Made by a program: the position numbers and the translations under genes | Origin: Acidobacteriota bacterium | GTDB taxonomy: Bacteria; Acidobacteriota; Thermoanaerobaculia; Gp7-AA8 | Length of the DNA: 42,896 nt | Reading direction: 5' to 3' | Assembly (NCBI GenBank): GCA_003223635.1 | Contig: QHVS01000046.1 | Coordinates: 1-42,896 of the forward strand | Shown: positions 34,504 through 42,682 of the stretch, one piece after another | Position numbering within the stretch: position 1 is the first letter of the stretch | Layout: each line of letters starts with the position of its first letter | Notes under the pieces: model-generated | Database searches by the model: none | Seen by the model: only the letters and a program-made list of their open reading frames with translations | What the model was told of the DNA's origin: nothing

Positions 34504-35070
34504 TCACTGTCCCAAGGGAATACGCGATTTCACGTCGGGCGGAAAACCAACGTAGCCGATCTCCACCGATTCGATGCCGATGGTGCGAAGAATGAATTTT
34601 CCGTCGATCGTTTCTCCTACCCGGATGTTCACGATCTGGCCGCTGCCCGAAAACGTAGCGATCGGATTCTCCGGCCGCCCGAATGTGCCGATGTACTTAT
34701 AGTTGAACGGCGGCGGTTGCGGCGCCGCAGGCGGGGGCGGAGGTTGCGGAACCACCGGCTGCACCACGACCGCGACGGGTGGCGGGGGCGGGGGCGGCGG
34801 GGGTCGTGGCGGCTCCTTGTAGGCGAACAGGTTCCGCTGGCTCTTGTAGCTGCCGCTCGGCACTTCCAGCCATTCGTCGTGGACGCGCGGCACGCCTGCT
34901 GCCGTGACGCCGATGGTGCGGCCGGAGGTGCCGGTGGGCGGGCGGGTGGTGATCGCCGCATCGTCGCGGGCGTGCGAGCTCTGCGTCGCCGCGAAGGTAT
35001 AGATGGCGAAGAGGGCGACGATGATCAACCCGATCGTGGTCCAGGTTTTCCAGCTCATCCAATCCATCAC
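34504..35070 (-). CDS. PilP-like pilus assembly protein
   Basis: N-terminal TM anchor (WTTIGLIIVALFAIYTF), long poly-Pro linker (PPRPPPPPPPPPVAVV...PQPPPPPAAPQPPP), and a C-terminal small beta domain (YKYIGTFGRPENPIATFSGSGQIVNIRVGETIDGKFILRTIGIESVEI). Sits between pilO and the secretin. Start is GTG 35070 or ATG 35067. Confidence 0.6.
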   Translation of the reverse strand: MMDWMSWKTWTTIGLIIVALFAIYTFAATQSSHARDDAAITTRPPTGTSGRTIGVTAAGVPRVHDEWLEVPSGSYKSQRNLFAYKEPPRPPPPPPPPPVAVVVQPVVPQPPPPPAAPQPPPFNYKYIGTFGRPENPIATFSGSGQIVNIRVGETIDGKFILRTIGIESVEIGYVGFPPDVKSRIPLGQ

Positions 35071-35660
35071 ATCTGCTGATTGACCGCTGCGCCGCGTGGA
35101 GGCTCGCGGAAAAGGGTCTTCAACCGAAGGTTCATCGTGAGCGTTGAATCGGAGCCCCCCGAGCCGGCCAGCGTGATCGCGTCGATGATCACGAACTGGT
35201 TCGACAGCTCCAGTAGATTGACCAATCTGCGGATCTGCTGGTAGTTCCCCTGCACGGTGAAGCTGATGATGACCGTGTCCGTGCCGATCCGTCCCGATTT
35301 CTGAGCCTGCGTATCCTCCTGTTTGTTGAAGGAATAGGTCCGCGGCACGAGCTGACTGGCCACTGCCAGCCGCTTTACTTCATTGATCAGGGCCGTCAGC
35401 CGCTGGGACTCAGTGGCCCAGCGCTGGTTGTAGAGCGTCTGCAAATCCTGTTGTACCTTGAGATAGGCGGCCAGCTGCTGCTCCGCTGAAACGCGCCCGT
35501 TGTGCGCGCGCTGCAGCTGCTCCTCGGCGGAATGCAGCCGCGTGTCGAGATCCTGCAGCCTCTTCTCGTACTGCACGCGATACGTGAAGAAGAAGAGCGT
35601 GTTGGCGATCAGAAGAACGCCGAGCACGGCGAGCACGATGCGTTTTTCTCGCCAGATCAT
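35067..35660 (-). CDS. pilO: PilO/GspM-like pilus assembly protein
   Basis: Short cytoplasmic N-terminus, one TM (IVLAVLGVLLIANTLFFF), a coiled-coil, and a C-terminal ferredoxin-like segment (ISFTVQGNYQQIRRLVNLLELSNQFVIIDAITL). ATG 35660 overlaps the pilN TGA (ATGA). Confidence 0.7.
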   Translation of the reverse strand: MIWREKRIVLAVLGVLLIANTLFFFTYRVQYEKRLQDLDTRLHSAEEQLQRAHNGRVSAEQQLAAYLKVQQDLQTLYNQRWATESQRLTALINEVKRLAVASQLVPRTYSFNKQEDTQAQKSGRIGTDTVIISFTVQGNYQQIRRLVNLLELSNQFVIIDAITLAGSGGSDSTLTMNLRLKTLFREPPRGAAVNQQM

Positions 35661-36250
35661 TGCAGGATCCTCGTAACAGACGGCCGGTAGTCGACGCCGA
35701 TTCCGAACCGATAGCCGCTGTCGCCTCGATCTTCCGATGTGGGAAATGCTTTGTTGAAGCGAAGATCGTGATTCAGGCGGTCGAGCATGTGCACCATGCT
35801 CTCACTGTTTTTGCCGACGGCGGCCAGCACGAGGTGCACATAGCCGTCTTTGCTGAAGTTCGGGGCGATCGACTCCAGACGAACGTCATCGGGCAGGACG
35901 CGCTCCAGCCGATCGAGCAACTCGCTCCAGGAGAATGCTCGCTCCGCCAGCCTGGCATTGGCGAATTGCGTCTGCTCAGACAGGAGCCTCACGTTGAACC
36001 CGCGGAGACGTTGGGTCAGTTCCGCGGTCTGCCGCTGTTCCTGTTGGGTCTGGCTCTCCAGATCCGTGATCTTGTTGCGCGTCGACTTCGTGTCCCGAAT
36101 GTAGCGATAGTACGTATCGATGTTGTTCAACATCATGAAGGCAACGAGCAAAGAGGAGACGACGACCACGGCGTACACCGGCCGGTAGTCGCGATAGGGT
36201 CGGGAGGCGAGATTGAGATGCAACGGTTTCACGCGAACACTCCCGTGCAC
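35657..36250 (-). CDS. pilN: PilN-like pilus assembly protein
   Basis: LHLNLASRPYRDYRP (INLLP-type N-terminus), one TM (VYAVVVVSSLLVAFMML), coiled-coil, then VRLESIAPNF...VHLVLAAVG. Both candidate starts are GTG: 36250, or 36232 which forms a GTGA overlap with the pilM stop. Confidence 0.7.
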   Translation of the reverse strand: MHGSVRVKPLHLNLASRPYRDYRPVYAVVVVSSLLVAFMMLNNIDTYYRYIRDTKSTRNKITDLESQTQQEQRQTAELTQRLRGFNVRLLSEQTQFANARLAERAFSWSELLDRLERVLPDDVRLESIAPNFSKDGYVHLVLAAVGKNSESMVHMLDRLNHDLRFNKAFPTSEDRGDSGYRFGIGVDYRPSVTRILQ

Positions 36251-37122
36251 GCGGTCAACTCCGCCTCATACGCGCCGATGCCTTCCGGGACGCGTTCAGC
36301 GAAATCGCTCAGGGCTACGGTGCGCACCGGCGCACCGAATTCCGTGGCGATCGCCGAGGAGAGGGCGCCGTCGATGCGGTTGCCGGCCAGATAGCAGCTC
36401 TCGATCGATTCCGTCCGCAGCGTGTCGCGCAGATAGCTCGCCGACAGTTTGATTTCCTGGTCCAGCGTCCGCTGGCCATTCAGATTGCGCGACCGGATGA
36501 AAAGAGGCTGGTTGCCGCGGAACGCCCCGGTGGTGAAGTCATGCTCGCGCACGAAGAAGAAGATGCGGTCGCCGGTGGTGGCCGGCTCGCGCACGGTAAT
36601 CGCGTTCCAGATGTTGAGGCCCATCGGTTCGACCAGCACGATCTCGATCCCAGCTTCGGCAAACAGGCGCTCGATGCCGGCCAGCGTCTTTTCCATGGCG
36701 CTGACGGCCAGGACTCTGGCTGGAGCAGGAGTGCGGGACAGCACCTCGAAGGCCAGGCGCAGCATCGCTGGATCGATCGGCATCGTCCGCTTCAGGCTCC
36801 ATCGAACCATCTGATTGGCTTCGTCCTTCGCCTCCGGGAGCGACGGAAGTTCCAGGATGTTCATGCGGAACCACGAGTCCGGGAGGAGCATGGAGGCCTT
36901 GTCCCACCGGCCGCTCTCGACGCGCAGACGGCGCAGGACGTCGGCGATGGCTGCCGGGTTGACCAGATCCGGTGTGACCACGCCGGGCGCGAACGTCGCC
37001 GCCCCGAGGCGGTAGCTCTTGGCCTGCACGATCTGCGGATCCTTGCGCCCGCGACTGAGCCGCGCGTGGATCAGCGAGTCAGAATCGAGAACGATGACGT
37101 CGGGAGGGAAGGATCGGGCCAT
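36229..37122 (-). CDS. pilM: PilM-like (actin-fold) pilus assembly protein
   Basis: Placed immediately upstream of pilN/O/P. VIVLDSDSLIHARL...LLPDSWFRMNILELPSLPEAKDEANQMVRWSLKRTMP...LAVSAMEKTLAGIERLFAEAGIEIVLVEP fits PilM_2-type layout. ATG 37122 preferred over TTG 37128. Confidence 0.7.
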   Translation of the reverse strand: MARSFPPDVIVLDSDSLIHARLSRGRKDPQIVQAKSYRLGAATFAPGVVTPDLVNPAAIADVLRRLRVESGRWDKASMLLPDSWFRMNILELPSLPEAKDEANQMVRWSLKRTMPIDPAMLRLAFEVLSRTPAPARVLAVSAMEKTLAGIERLFAEAGIEIVLVEPMGLNIWNAITVREPATTGDRIFFFVREHDFTTGAFRGNQPLFIRSRNLNGQRTLDQEIKLSASYLRDTLRTESIESCYLAGNRIDGALSSAIATEFGAPVRTVALSDFAERVPEGIGAYEAELTACTGVFA

Positions 37123-37126
37123 GGTC

Positions 37127-37224
37127 AAACGATGAACGATGAACGATGAACGATGAACAGAGCTCGACGGCTGAGAGTTCGTTGTCTCAGTTCATCGTTC
37201 ATCGTTCCGCGTTCATCGTTCATC
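37127..37224. repeat. Heptamer-repeat hairpin, GAACGAT family, copy 2
   Basis: (A/G)AACGAT x4.7 (37127-37158), ~31-nt spacer, then complementary GTTCATC units (37190-37224). 37128-37158 pairs with 37190-37220 with one 2-nt mismatch. Fills the pilB-pilM gap. Confidence 0.9.
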
Positions 37225-37225
37225 T

Positions 37226-38848
37226 TTACTCCACGAACGTAACCTTGTTGATTTCGCGCAGCGTGGTGCGTCCTTCCATCACCTTCTTCAGCGCCGATTC
37301 GCGCAGAAAGGTCATCCCTTCTTCTTTCGCCGCTTTCTTGATTTCTGACGCCGGACGCCGATCGAGAATCATTCCGCGAATACGATCCGAGAGGTCGAGA
37401 AGTTCCGCGATGGCCGAGCGGCCGTGGAATCCTGTTCCGTTGCACTCCAGGCAGCCCGCGCCCTCGGAGAAAAGCTGGTCACGGTATTCCGCCGGATTCA
37501 GGCCCGACTCGATCAGGAACGCGTCGGGATATCGCACCTCGCGCTTGCACTCCTGACAGATCTTCCGCACGAGGCGCTGGGCCAGCACGCAGTTGAGCGC
37601 CGACACGAAGTTATAGAGATCGACTTTCATGTTGAGAAATCGGCCGAGGACGTCGACCACGTTGTTGGCATGCACGGTGGTGAACACCAGGTGACCGGTG
37701 AGCGCCGACTGCACCGCGATCTGCGCGGTCTCTTCGTCGCGGATCTCGCCGACCATGATCTTGTCCGGATCGTGCCGGAGGATCGAGCGCAGTCCGCGGG
37801 CGAACGTCAGCCCCTTCTTCTCGTTCACCGGAATCTGGGTGATGCCCCGGAGCTGGTACTCCACCGGATCCTCGATGGTGATGATCTTGTCCTCCGGGCT
37901 CTGGATCTCGGAAAGCGCGGCATAGAGTGTGGTCGTTTTGCCCGAGCCGGTGGGGCCGGTGACCAGCACCATGCCGTATGGCTCTTTGATGAATTTGCGG
38001 AACTTCACCAGCATGTCGTCATCGAAGCCGAGGACGTCGAGGCGGAGGTTTTTGAACTCCTTGTTCATCGACTCCTTGTCCAGGATGCGGATGACGGCAT
38101 CTTCGCCATGGGCGCTGGGGATGATGGAGACGCGGAAGTCGATGGTGCGGCCGGTGACGCGCAGCTTGAAGCGGCCGTCTTGCGGCACGCGCTTCTCGGC
38201 AATGTCGAGCTCCGACATGACCTTGATGCGGCTGATGATCGTGGAGTGATGGCGCTTGTCGATCGGGTCGAGCGCTTCGTACAGCACGCCGTCGATGCGG
38301 TACTTCACCACCACTTCGTTATCGCGCGTCTCGATGTGAATGTCCGACGCTCGCCGCTGGATGGCGTTGAAGACGATCGAGTCGACCAGTTTGATGATGG
38401 GCGACGACTCCTGCTGCGTGATGGAGTCGATCGTCAGGGTCTCTTCGCCCTCGTCATCCTCGCCGACAAGCTGCAGTCGGAAGCCTTCCGTTGCCTCATC
38501 GAGGACGCGCTGTGTCGATTCCGATTTCTCCAGCTTGTCGCGAATGGCCGCCGGTGAGGCCACCTTCACTTTCAGCGGCGCGCCGAGGAGGAGCTCCAGC
38601 TCGTCGAGCTTGAGGACGTCGGTGGGATCGCCCACCACCACTGAGATGTAGCCGTTCTCTCGCCTCTCGGGCAAGAACTGGTAGCGGATCATCAGCTCCA
38701 GCGGCACGTCGCGAAAAAGCTGGTGGTCGACTTGAAAATGCTCCAGATCGACGTAAGGGAAGCCGTACTGCTCCGCCAGGCGTTGCGCGCGTGCAGCCTC
38801 GCCGGTCGGATCGGCAGCCTTGTACAGCGAGCGGGGATCAGTAGCCAT
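37226..38848 (-). CDS. pilB: Type IV pilus assembly / type II secretion ATPase (GspE/PilB family)
   Basis: N-terminal T2SSE_N-like domain, Walker A VLVTGPTGSGKTTTLYAAL, Asp box ITIEDPVEY, Walker B DKIMVGEIRDEETA, His box TGHLVFTTVHANN, and the tetracysteine CQECK...CLECNGTG. Confidence 0.95.
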   Translation of the reverse strand: MATDPRSLYKAADPTGEAARAQRLAEQYGFPYVDLEHFQVDHQLFRDVPLELMIRYQFLPERRENGYISVVVGDPTDVLKLDELELLLGAPLKVKVASPAAIRDKLEKSESTQRVLDEATEGFRLQLVGEDDEGEETLTIDSITQQESSPIIKLVDSIVFNAIQRRASDIHIETRDNEVVVKYRIDGVLYEALDPIDKRHHSTIISRIKVMSELDIAEKRVPQDGRFKLRVTGRTIDFRVSIIPSAHGEDAVIRILDKESMNKEFKNLRLDVLGFDDDMLVKFRKFIKEPYGMVLVTGPTGSGKTTTLYAALSEIQSPEDKIITIEDPVEYQLRGITQIPVNEKKGLTFARGLRSILRHDPDKIMVGEIRDEETAQIAVQSALTGHLVFTTVHANNVVDVLGRFLNMKVDLYNFVSALNCVLAQRLVRKICQECKREVRYPDAFLIESGLNPAEYRDQLFSEGAGCLECNGTGFHGRSAIAELLDLSDRIRGMILDRRPASEIKKAAKEEGMTFLRESALKKVMEGRTTLREINKVTFVE

Positions 38849-38851
38849 GAC

Positions 38852-40060
38852 TTATTGTTGCCCCACCGAGGTGAGCTGGAACAGCGGGAGATAGAACGCG
38901 TAAAGCAGCGTGGCGATCACCAGACCCATGAATACCAGAATCACCGGCTCGATGGCCGCCACCAGGCGCGACAGCCTGGACTCGATTTCCTCATCGTAGA
39001 ACTCGCTCACATTGCCGAGCATTTCCGTGAGTGCGCCGGTCGATTCACCCACTTTGATCATTTCCACGGCCAGGTCGCTGATCACCCCCGTCGATTCGAG
39101 AGAGCGCCACAGCGGCTCGCCTTCCCGCACATTTTGAACGATGCCGGCAACCTTCGACGAGATCATTTGATTGGTGACCGATTGCGAGGCGATCTCGATG
39201 GCCGGGACCATCGGCGTGCCGCCGCTCAAGAGCGTTCCCAGAGACTGGGTGAACTGCATGATGGCGAAGCGATGCAGGATTCCGCCAACCATGGGAAGCT
39301 GCAGCTTGAGGCTGTCCCAGGTGACCCGGCCGGTGGTGGCGATCCAGCGCCGCACGACGAGGACAATGATGATCGCCGCGACCACGGTAATGATCAGATG
39401 GTCGTTGAGCGCCGTGGCCACGGTGATCAGCAGCTTCGTGAACGCCGGGAGGTCCGCATTGAAGCCGGCATAGAACTCAGCGAAGCGCGGGATCACCTTG
39501 GTCAGCATGATGAAGACCATCGCCGCCGACAGCGTCACCAATACCGTCGGATAGATCAGGGCGCTGACGACGCGTTTGCGCAGCGTCACGATCATCTTCT
39601 GATAACGGAGGAAGCGCCGCAACACGCCTTCCAGATCGCCCGACCGCTCGCCCGCCCGCAATGAAGTGGAGTAAATCGGAGGAAAGACGTCGCCGTACGA
39701 GCCGAAGGCATCGGACAGCGAGACGCCTGATTTCAATTTTTCCCGGATATCGGCCAGCACCTCGCGAAAGCGAGGGTTCTTCTGGCGCTCCAGCATGATG
39801 TCGAAGGACTGCAGGATCGGAAGACCGGCGCGCACGAGCGCCAGCAGCTCCTGATTAAAGAGGAGGAACCGCTCCACGGAGACGACTTTGCGCGAGCGGG
39901 GAAGGAAATCCCGAAGGGCTGGCATTCCGCGCTTGGCCGCGAAAACGTGCATCCCCTGGCGGCGCAGCTCCTTTTCGGCCGCAGTGGCCGTCGAGGCCTG
40001 GACATGGCGCTCGAGGATCTGGCCGTCGGGGGTACCGACCCTGACGATAAATTCAGGCAT
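38852..40060 (-). CDS. pilC: Type IV pilus / T2SS platform protein (GspF/PilC family)
   Basis: 402 aa with two T2SSF repeats (FNQELLALVRAGLPILQSFDIM...; FTQSLGTLLSGGTPMVPAIEIA...) and three TM segments. Confidence 0.95.
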   Translation of the reverse strand: MPEFIVRVGTPDGQILERHVQASTATAAEKELRRQGMHVFAAKRGMPALRDFLPRSRKVVSVERFLLFNQELLALVRAGLPILQSFDIMLERQKNPRFREVLADIREKLKSGVSLSDAFGSYGDVFPPIYSTSLRAGERSGDLEGVLRRFLRYQKMIVTLRKRVVSALIYPTVLVTLSAAMVFIMLTKVIPRFAEFYAGFNADLPAFTKLLITVATALNDHLIITVVAAIIIVLVVRRWIATTGRVTWDSLKLQLPMVGGILHRFAIMQFTQSLGTLLSGGTPMVPAIEIASQSVTNQMISSKVAGIVQNVREGEPLWRSLESTGVISDLAVEMIKVGESTGALTEMLGNVSEFYDEEIESRLSRLVAAIEPVILVFMGLVIATLLYAFYLPLFQLTSVGQQ

Positions 40061-40170
40061 TCTCTGGTGTTATCCGTCTTTTTCGACGGGCGACGAGAGG
40101 TAAACGTTTCAGATTATTGAATCTTCCCGGAGCTTGGCGAGGTGCCGTTCCGCACCATACACTCACATCG
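40061..40170. promoter_or_regulatory. Divergent promoter region for the pilC-led operon and the HEAT-PilT gene
   Basis: Only non-coding gap between divergent genes, and relatively AT-rich (ttattgaatctt). A possible TTGGCG-N18-TACACT on the + strand ends ~7 nt before ATG 40171; this is not a confident assignment. Confidence 0.35.
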
Positions 40171-42675
40171 ATGGCCCTCTTCCAATCGGATGTGAAGGAG
40201 ACGGTGCGCCGTCTCTCGGCGAAAGACTTTGCCTCCCCCGAAGAACGCGATGAGCTGTTGGAACGGCTGGCGTCTTCCGAGGGTGTGCGCGCCCGCGACG
40301 TTCTCTGGATGCTGTTTCGGCCTGACCGCGCCTTGCGGGACGCTGCGGTGAACCTGCTCACGCGGCTCGGGGATCCCGAAACCCTCGACGGATTCGTCGC
40401 CGAGGCACGGGGCAAACCGGAGCCGGCAATCCGAGCGGCGGCGGCGAGCTTATCGGCGCTGGGAATTGCGGGCCTCGAGCAACGCCTGACCCAAATGCTC
40501 GCCCCTCCGGCAAGAGAAACGAAGGAATCGCGCGAGAACCAAGCGATCGCCCGCCGCATTCTTCTCGAAGGACCGGTGACGAAATCGACCGAGCCACTTT
40601 TGTGGCAGCTCGCATCCGCCGGAGCGACTGAAGAGCGATTGCAATTCGTCACCAAGCTGGCGTCAGGAGACCTGGACAACCGCTCGATTGCGCGATGGCA
40701 GCGGATGGCCGCGGATCCCGATCAGCAGGTTCGCGAGAAGGCGCTGGAGATCCTCGCCGCGCGCGCGCCAGGCACCTCGATCGATCTGTTCGTTCAGGAG
40801 CTTCCTCGCGTCAGCGATCCGATCCGACAGCGCCTCGTGCAGGCGCTAACCCGTGCCACTGCCAGCCAGGGGACTGAACTCGCGGACAAGCTTCTTCCTC
40901 TGATCGCCTCCGGCGACGCAACGATCCGCAAATCGGTCCTCGAGATTCTGGTCGCCAATGGCGACACCACGGCGATCCTCAAGCGCTACGTTCAATTCGC
41001 AAAAACGCTGGCCGGATTCGTTCGCGACCGCGCTCTTGATTCGATCAGCGGCTTCGGACCGCAGTTCCTGAACGCGACCATCGATCTCTTTCGCGATCCC
41101 GACGCCGATATTCGAGCCGGCGCCATCGCGGTTGCCGACGCAATCGAAGACCCCCGCATCGCCTTGCCCATGATCGAACTGCTGAAGGATCCCGATTGGT
41201 GGATTCGGATCTCCGCGGCCGATTCGTTGGGAAGGCTGAAAGCGGTACAGGCCGTGGAGCCGTTGATTTCCTCCCTTTCCGATGCCGAGGTGAAATGGTC
41301 CGCGGTCCAGGCCCTGGGTCGGATCGCCGATCCGCGGGCCCTCCCGGCGCTGGGCCGGATGCTCGGTGACCCGGCGTCGGACGTCCGAATCGAAGTCATG
41401 CAAGCCCTGCGAAATTTTGTCCATCCCCAGGTGAAGTCAGCCTTGCTGGAGGTCGCCCAGAAAGATCCGGATCGCATGGTGCGCACGCGGGCCATCGATA
41501 TTCTGGACGAGCTCTCTCCGCCGGGGGATCCCTCACGCGCTCAGGTCGATGCGGTTCGCTCCCAGGCTCTGGCGGCTACGGCGTCGAAGAGCGACGGCCG
41601 GCTCAGCGCCTTGCTCATCGCTACGCGAAATCAGGGAGGATCGGATTTTCACCTCAGCGTCGGGCAGCCTCCGATGGTTCGTCTGGCCGCGGGCTTGTTG
41701 CGCGCGCAGGGCGAACCATTTACTGCTGAGGTTACCGCGGCGCTTTTGAAAGAGATCATGACCGAAGGGCAGTGGAACACGCTGGAAAGCGCTTACCAGG
41801 TGGACTTCTGCTACTACATTCCGCAGGCGGGGCGCTATCGCGCCAACGTGTTTTACGACCATCGAGGCTACAACGCCGTATTCCGGGGCATTCCTGAGAA
41901 GCCACCGACAGTCGCGGACATCGGATTGCCTTCCCACCTCGCGGAGATCGCCGACTATCACCAGGGCCTCGTGCTGATCTGCGGCCCTTCCGGATCGGGG
42001 AAGTCGACCACCCTCGCCGCGCTGGTGAATCTATTTAACGAGACGCGGAACGATCACGTGATGATGATGGAGGATCCCGTCGAGTTCGTGCACCCCTTCA
42101 AGAGCTGTCTGGTCAATCAACGCGAAGTGGGGACGCACACCGGATCGTACGCACGCGCTCTTCGCGCTGCCCTGCGCGAAGATCCCGACGTCATCGTCAT
42201 CGGTGAGCTCCGCGACAACCAGTCGGTCTCCCTGGCTCTCACCGCGGCGGAAACCGGTCATATCGTGCTGGGCACATTGAATTCGACGAGTGCGCCAAAG
42301 GCAATCGACCGAATCCTGTCTAGTTTTCCCGTCGACGAGCAGCCGCAGGTGCGGGCCTCGCTCTCCGAGTCGCTGAAATACGTGATCGCCCAGCGTCTGC
42401 TGCCGGCCAGAGAAGGACGAAAGCAGGTTGCGGCCTTCGAGATCCTCAAAGGAACCGGCACCGTGGCCAGCATGATCCGCGATGAAAAGACCTTTCAGAT
42501 TTACTCGGCCATGCAGATCGGCAGGTCGCAAGGCATGCAGACCTTCGATGAGGCGCTCCGCGGTCTGGTGGAGCGGAATCAGATCACGGCCGAGACCGCG
42601 TACATGGCGGCCACCAAGAAAGAGGATTTCGAGTCGCTGCTGCCGCCGGATTTCTTGAAGAAGACGCGGGGATGA
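40171..42675 (+). CDS. Fusion protein: N-terminal HEAT/ARM-like repeat region (~470 aa) plus C-terminal PilT-type hexameric ATPase
   Basis: HEAT-like repeats (DPDADIRAGAIAVADAI, DPDWWIRISAADSLGRL, EVKWSAVQALGRIADPRALPAL, DPASDVRIEVMQALRNF, DPDRMVRTRAIDILDEL). PilT part: GGSDFHLSVGQPPMVR, Walker A ICGPSGSGKSTT, MMMEDPVEF, Walker B DPDVIVIGELRD, TGHIVLGTLNSTS. ATG 40171 preferred over TTG 40117. Confidence 0.85.
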   Translation: MALFQSDVKETVRRLSAKDFASPEERDELLERLASSEGVRARDVLWMLFRPDRALRDAAVNLLTRLGDPETLDGFVAEARGKPEPAIRAAAASLSALGIAGLEQRLTQMLAPPARETKESRENQAIARRILLEGPVTKSTEPLLWQLASAGATEERLQFVTKLASGDLDNRSIARWQRMAADPDQQVREKALEILAARAPGTSIDLFVQELPRVSDPIRQRLVQALTRATASQGTELADKLLPLIASGDATIRKSVLEILVANGDTTAILKRYVQFAKTLAGFVRDRALDSISGFGPQFLNATIDLFRDPDADIRAGAIAVADAIEDPRIALPMIELLKDPDWWIRISAADSLGRLKAVQAVEPLISSLSDAEVKWSAVQALGRIADPRALPALGRMLGDPASDVRIEVMQALRNFVHPQVKSALLEVAQKDPDRMVRTRAIDILDELSPPGDPSRAQVDAVRSQALAATASKSDGRLSALLIATRNQGGSDFHLSVGQPPMVRLAAGLLRAQGEPFTAEVTAALLKEIMTEGQWNTLESAYQVDFCYYIPQAGRYRANVFYDHRGYNAVFRGIPEKPPTVADIGLPSHLAEIADYHQGLVLICGPSGSGKSTTLAALVNLFNETRNDHVMMMEDPVEFVHPFKSCLVNQREVGTHTGSYARALRAALREDPDVIVIGELRDNQSVSLALTAAETGHIVLGTLNSTSAPKAIDRILSSFPVDEQPQVRASLSESLKYVIAQRLLPAREGRKQVAAFEILKGTGTVASMIRDEKTFQIYSAMQIGRSQGMQTFDEALRGLVERNQITAETAYMAATKKEDFESLLPPDFLKKTRG

Positions 42676-42682
42676 GTTGGAG

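Noticed and set aside
31346-37224. Considered whether the short tandem repeat arrays could be CRISPR arrays
   Set aside because: The units are 7 nt and directly abutting with no spacers. The arrays occur as inverted pairs, and there are no cas genes in the window. Not CRISPR.
37125-37556. ORFs starting or ending with MNDE.. / ..FIVHRSSFIV on both strands (37146-37556 + and 37125-37445 -). Also the MNDER tails of 36541-37149 and 30899-31369.
   Set aside because: These peptides are just translations of the GAACGAT heptamer arrays, and the ORFs overlap pilB out of frame. Not genes.
40135-40163. Possible sigma-70 promoter TTGGCG-N18-TACACT ending just before ATG 40171, which would imply a near-leaderless HEAT-PilT mRNA
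   Set aside because: Weak match to consensus and suboptimal spacing, with no supporting evidence available from sequence alone. Mentioned only within the generic intergenic-region feature.
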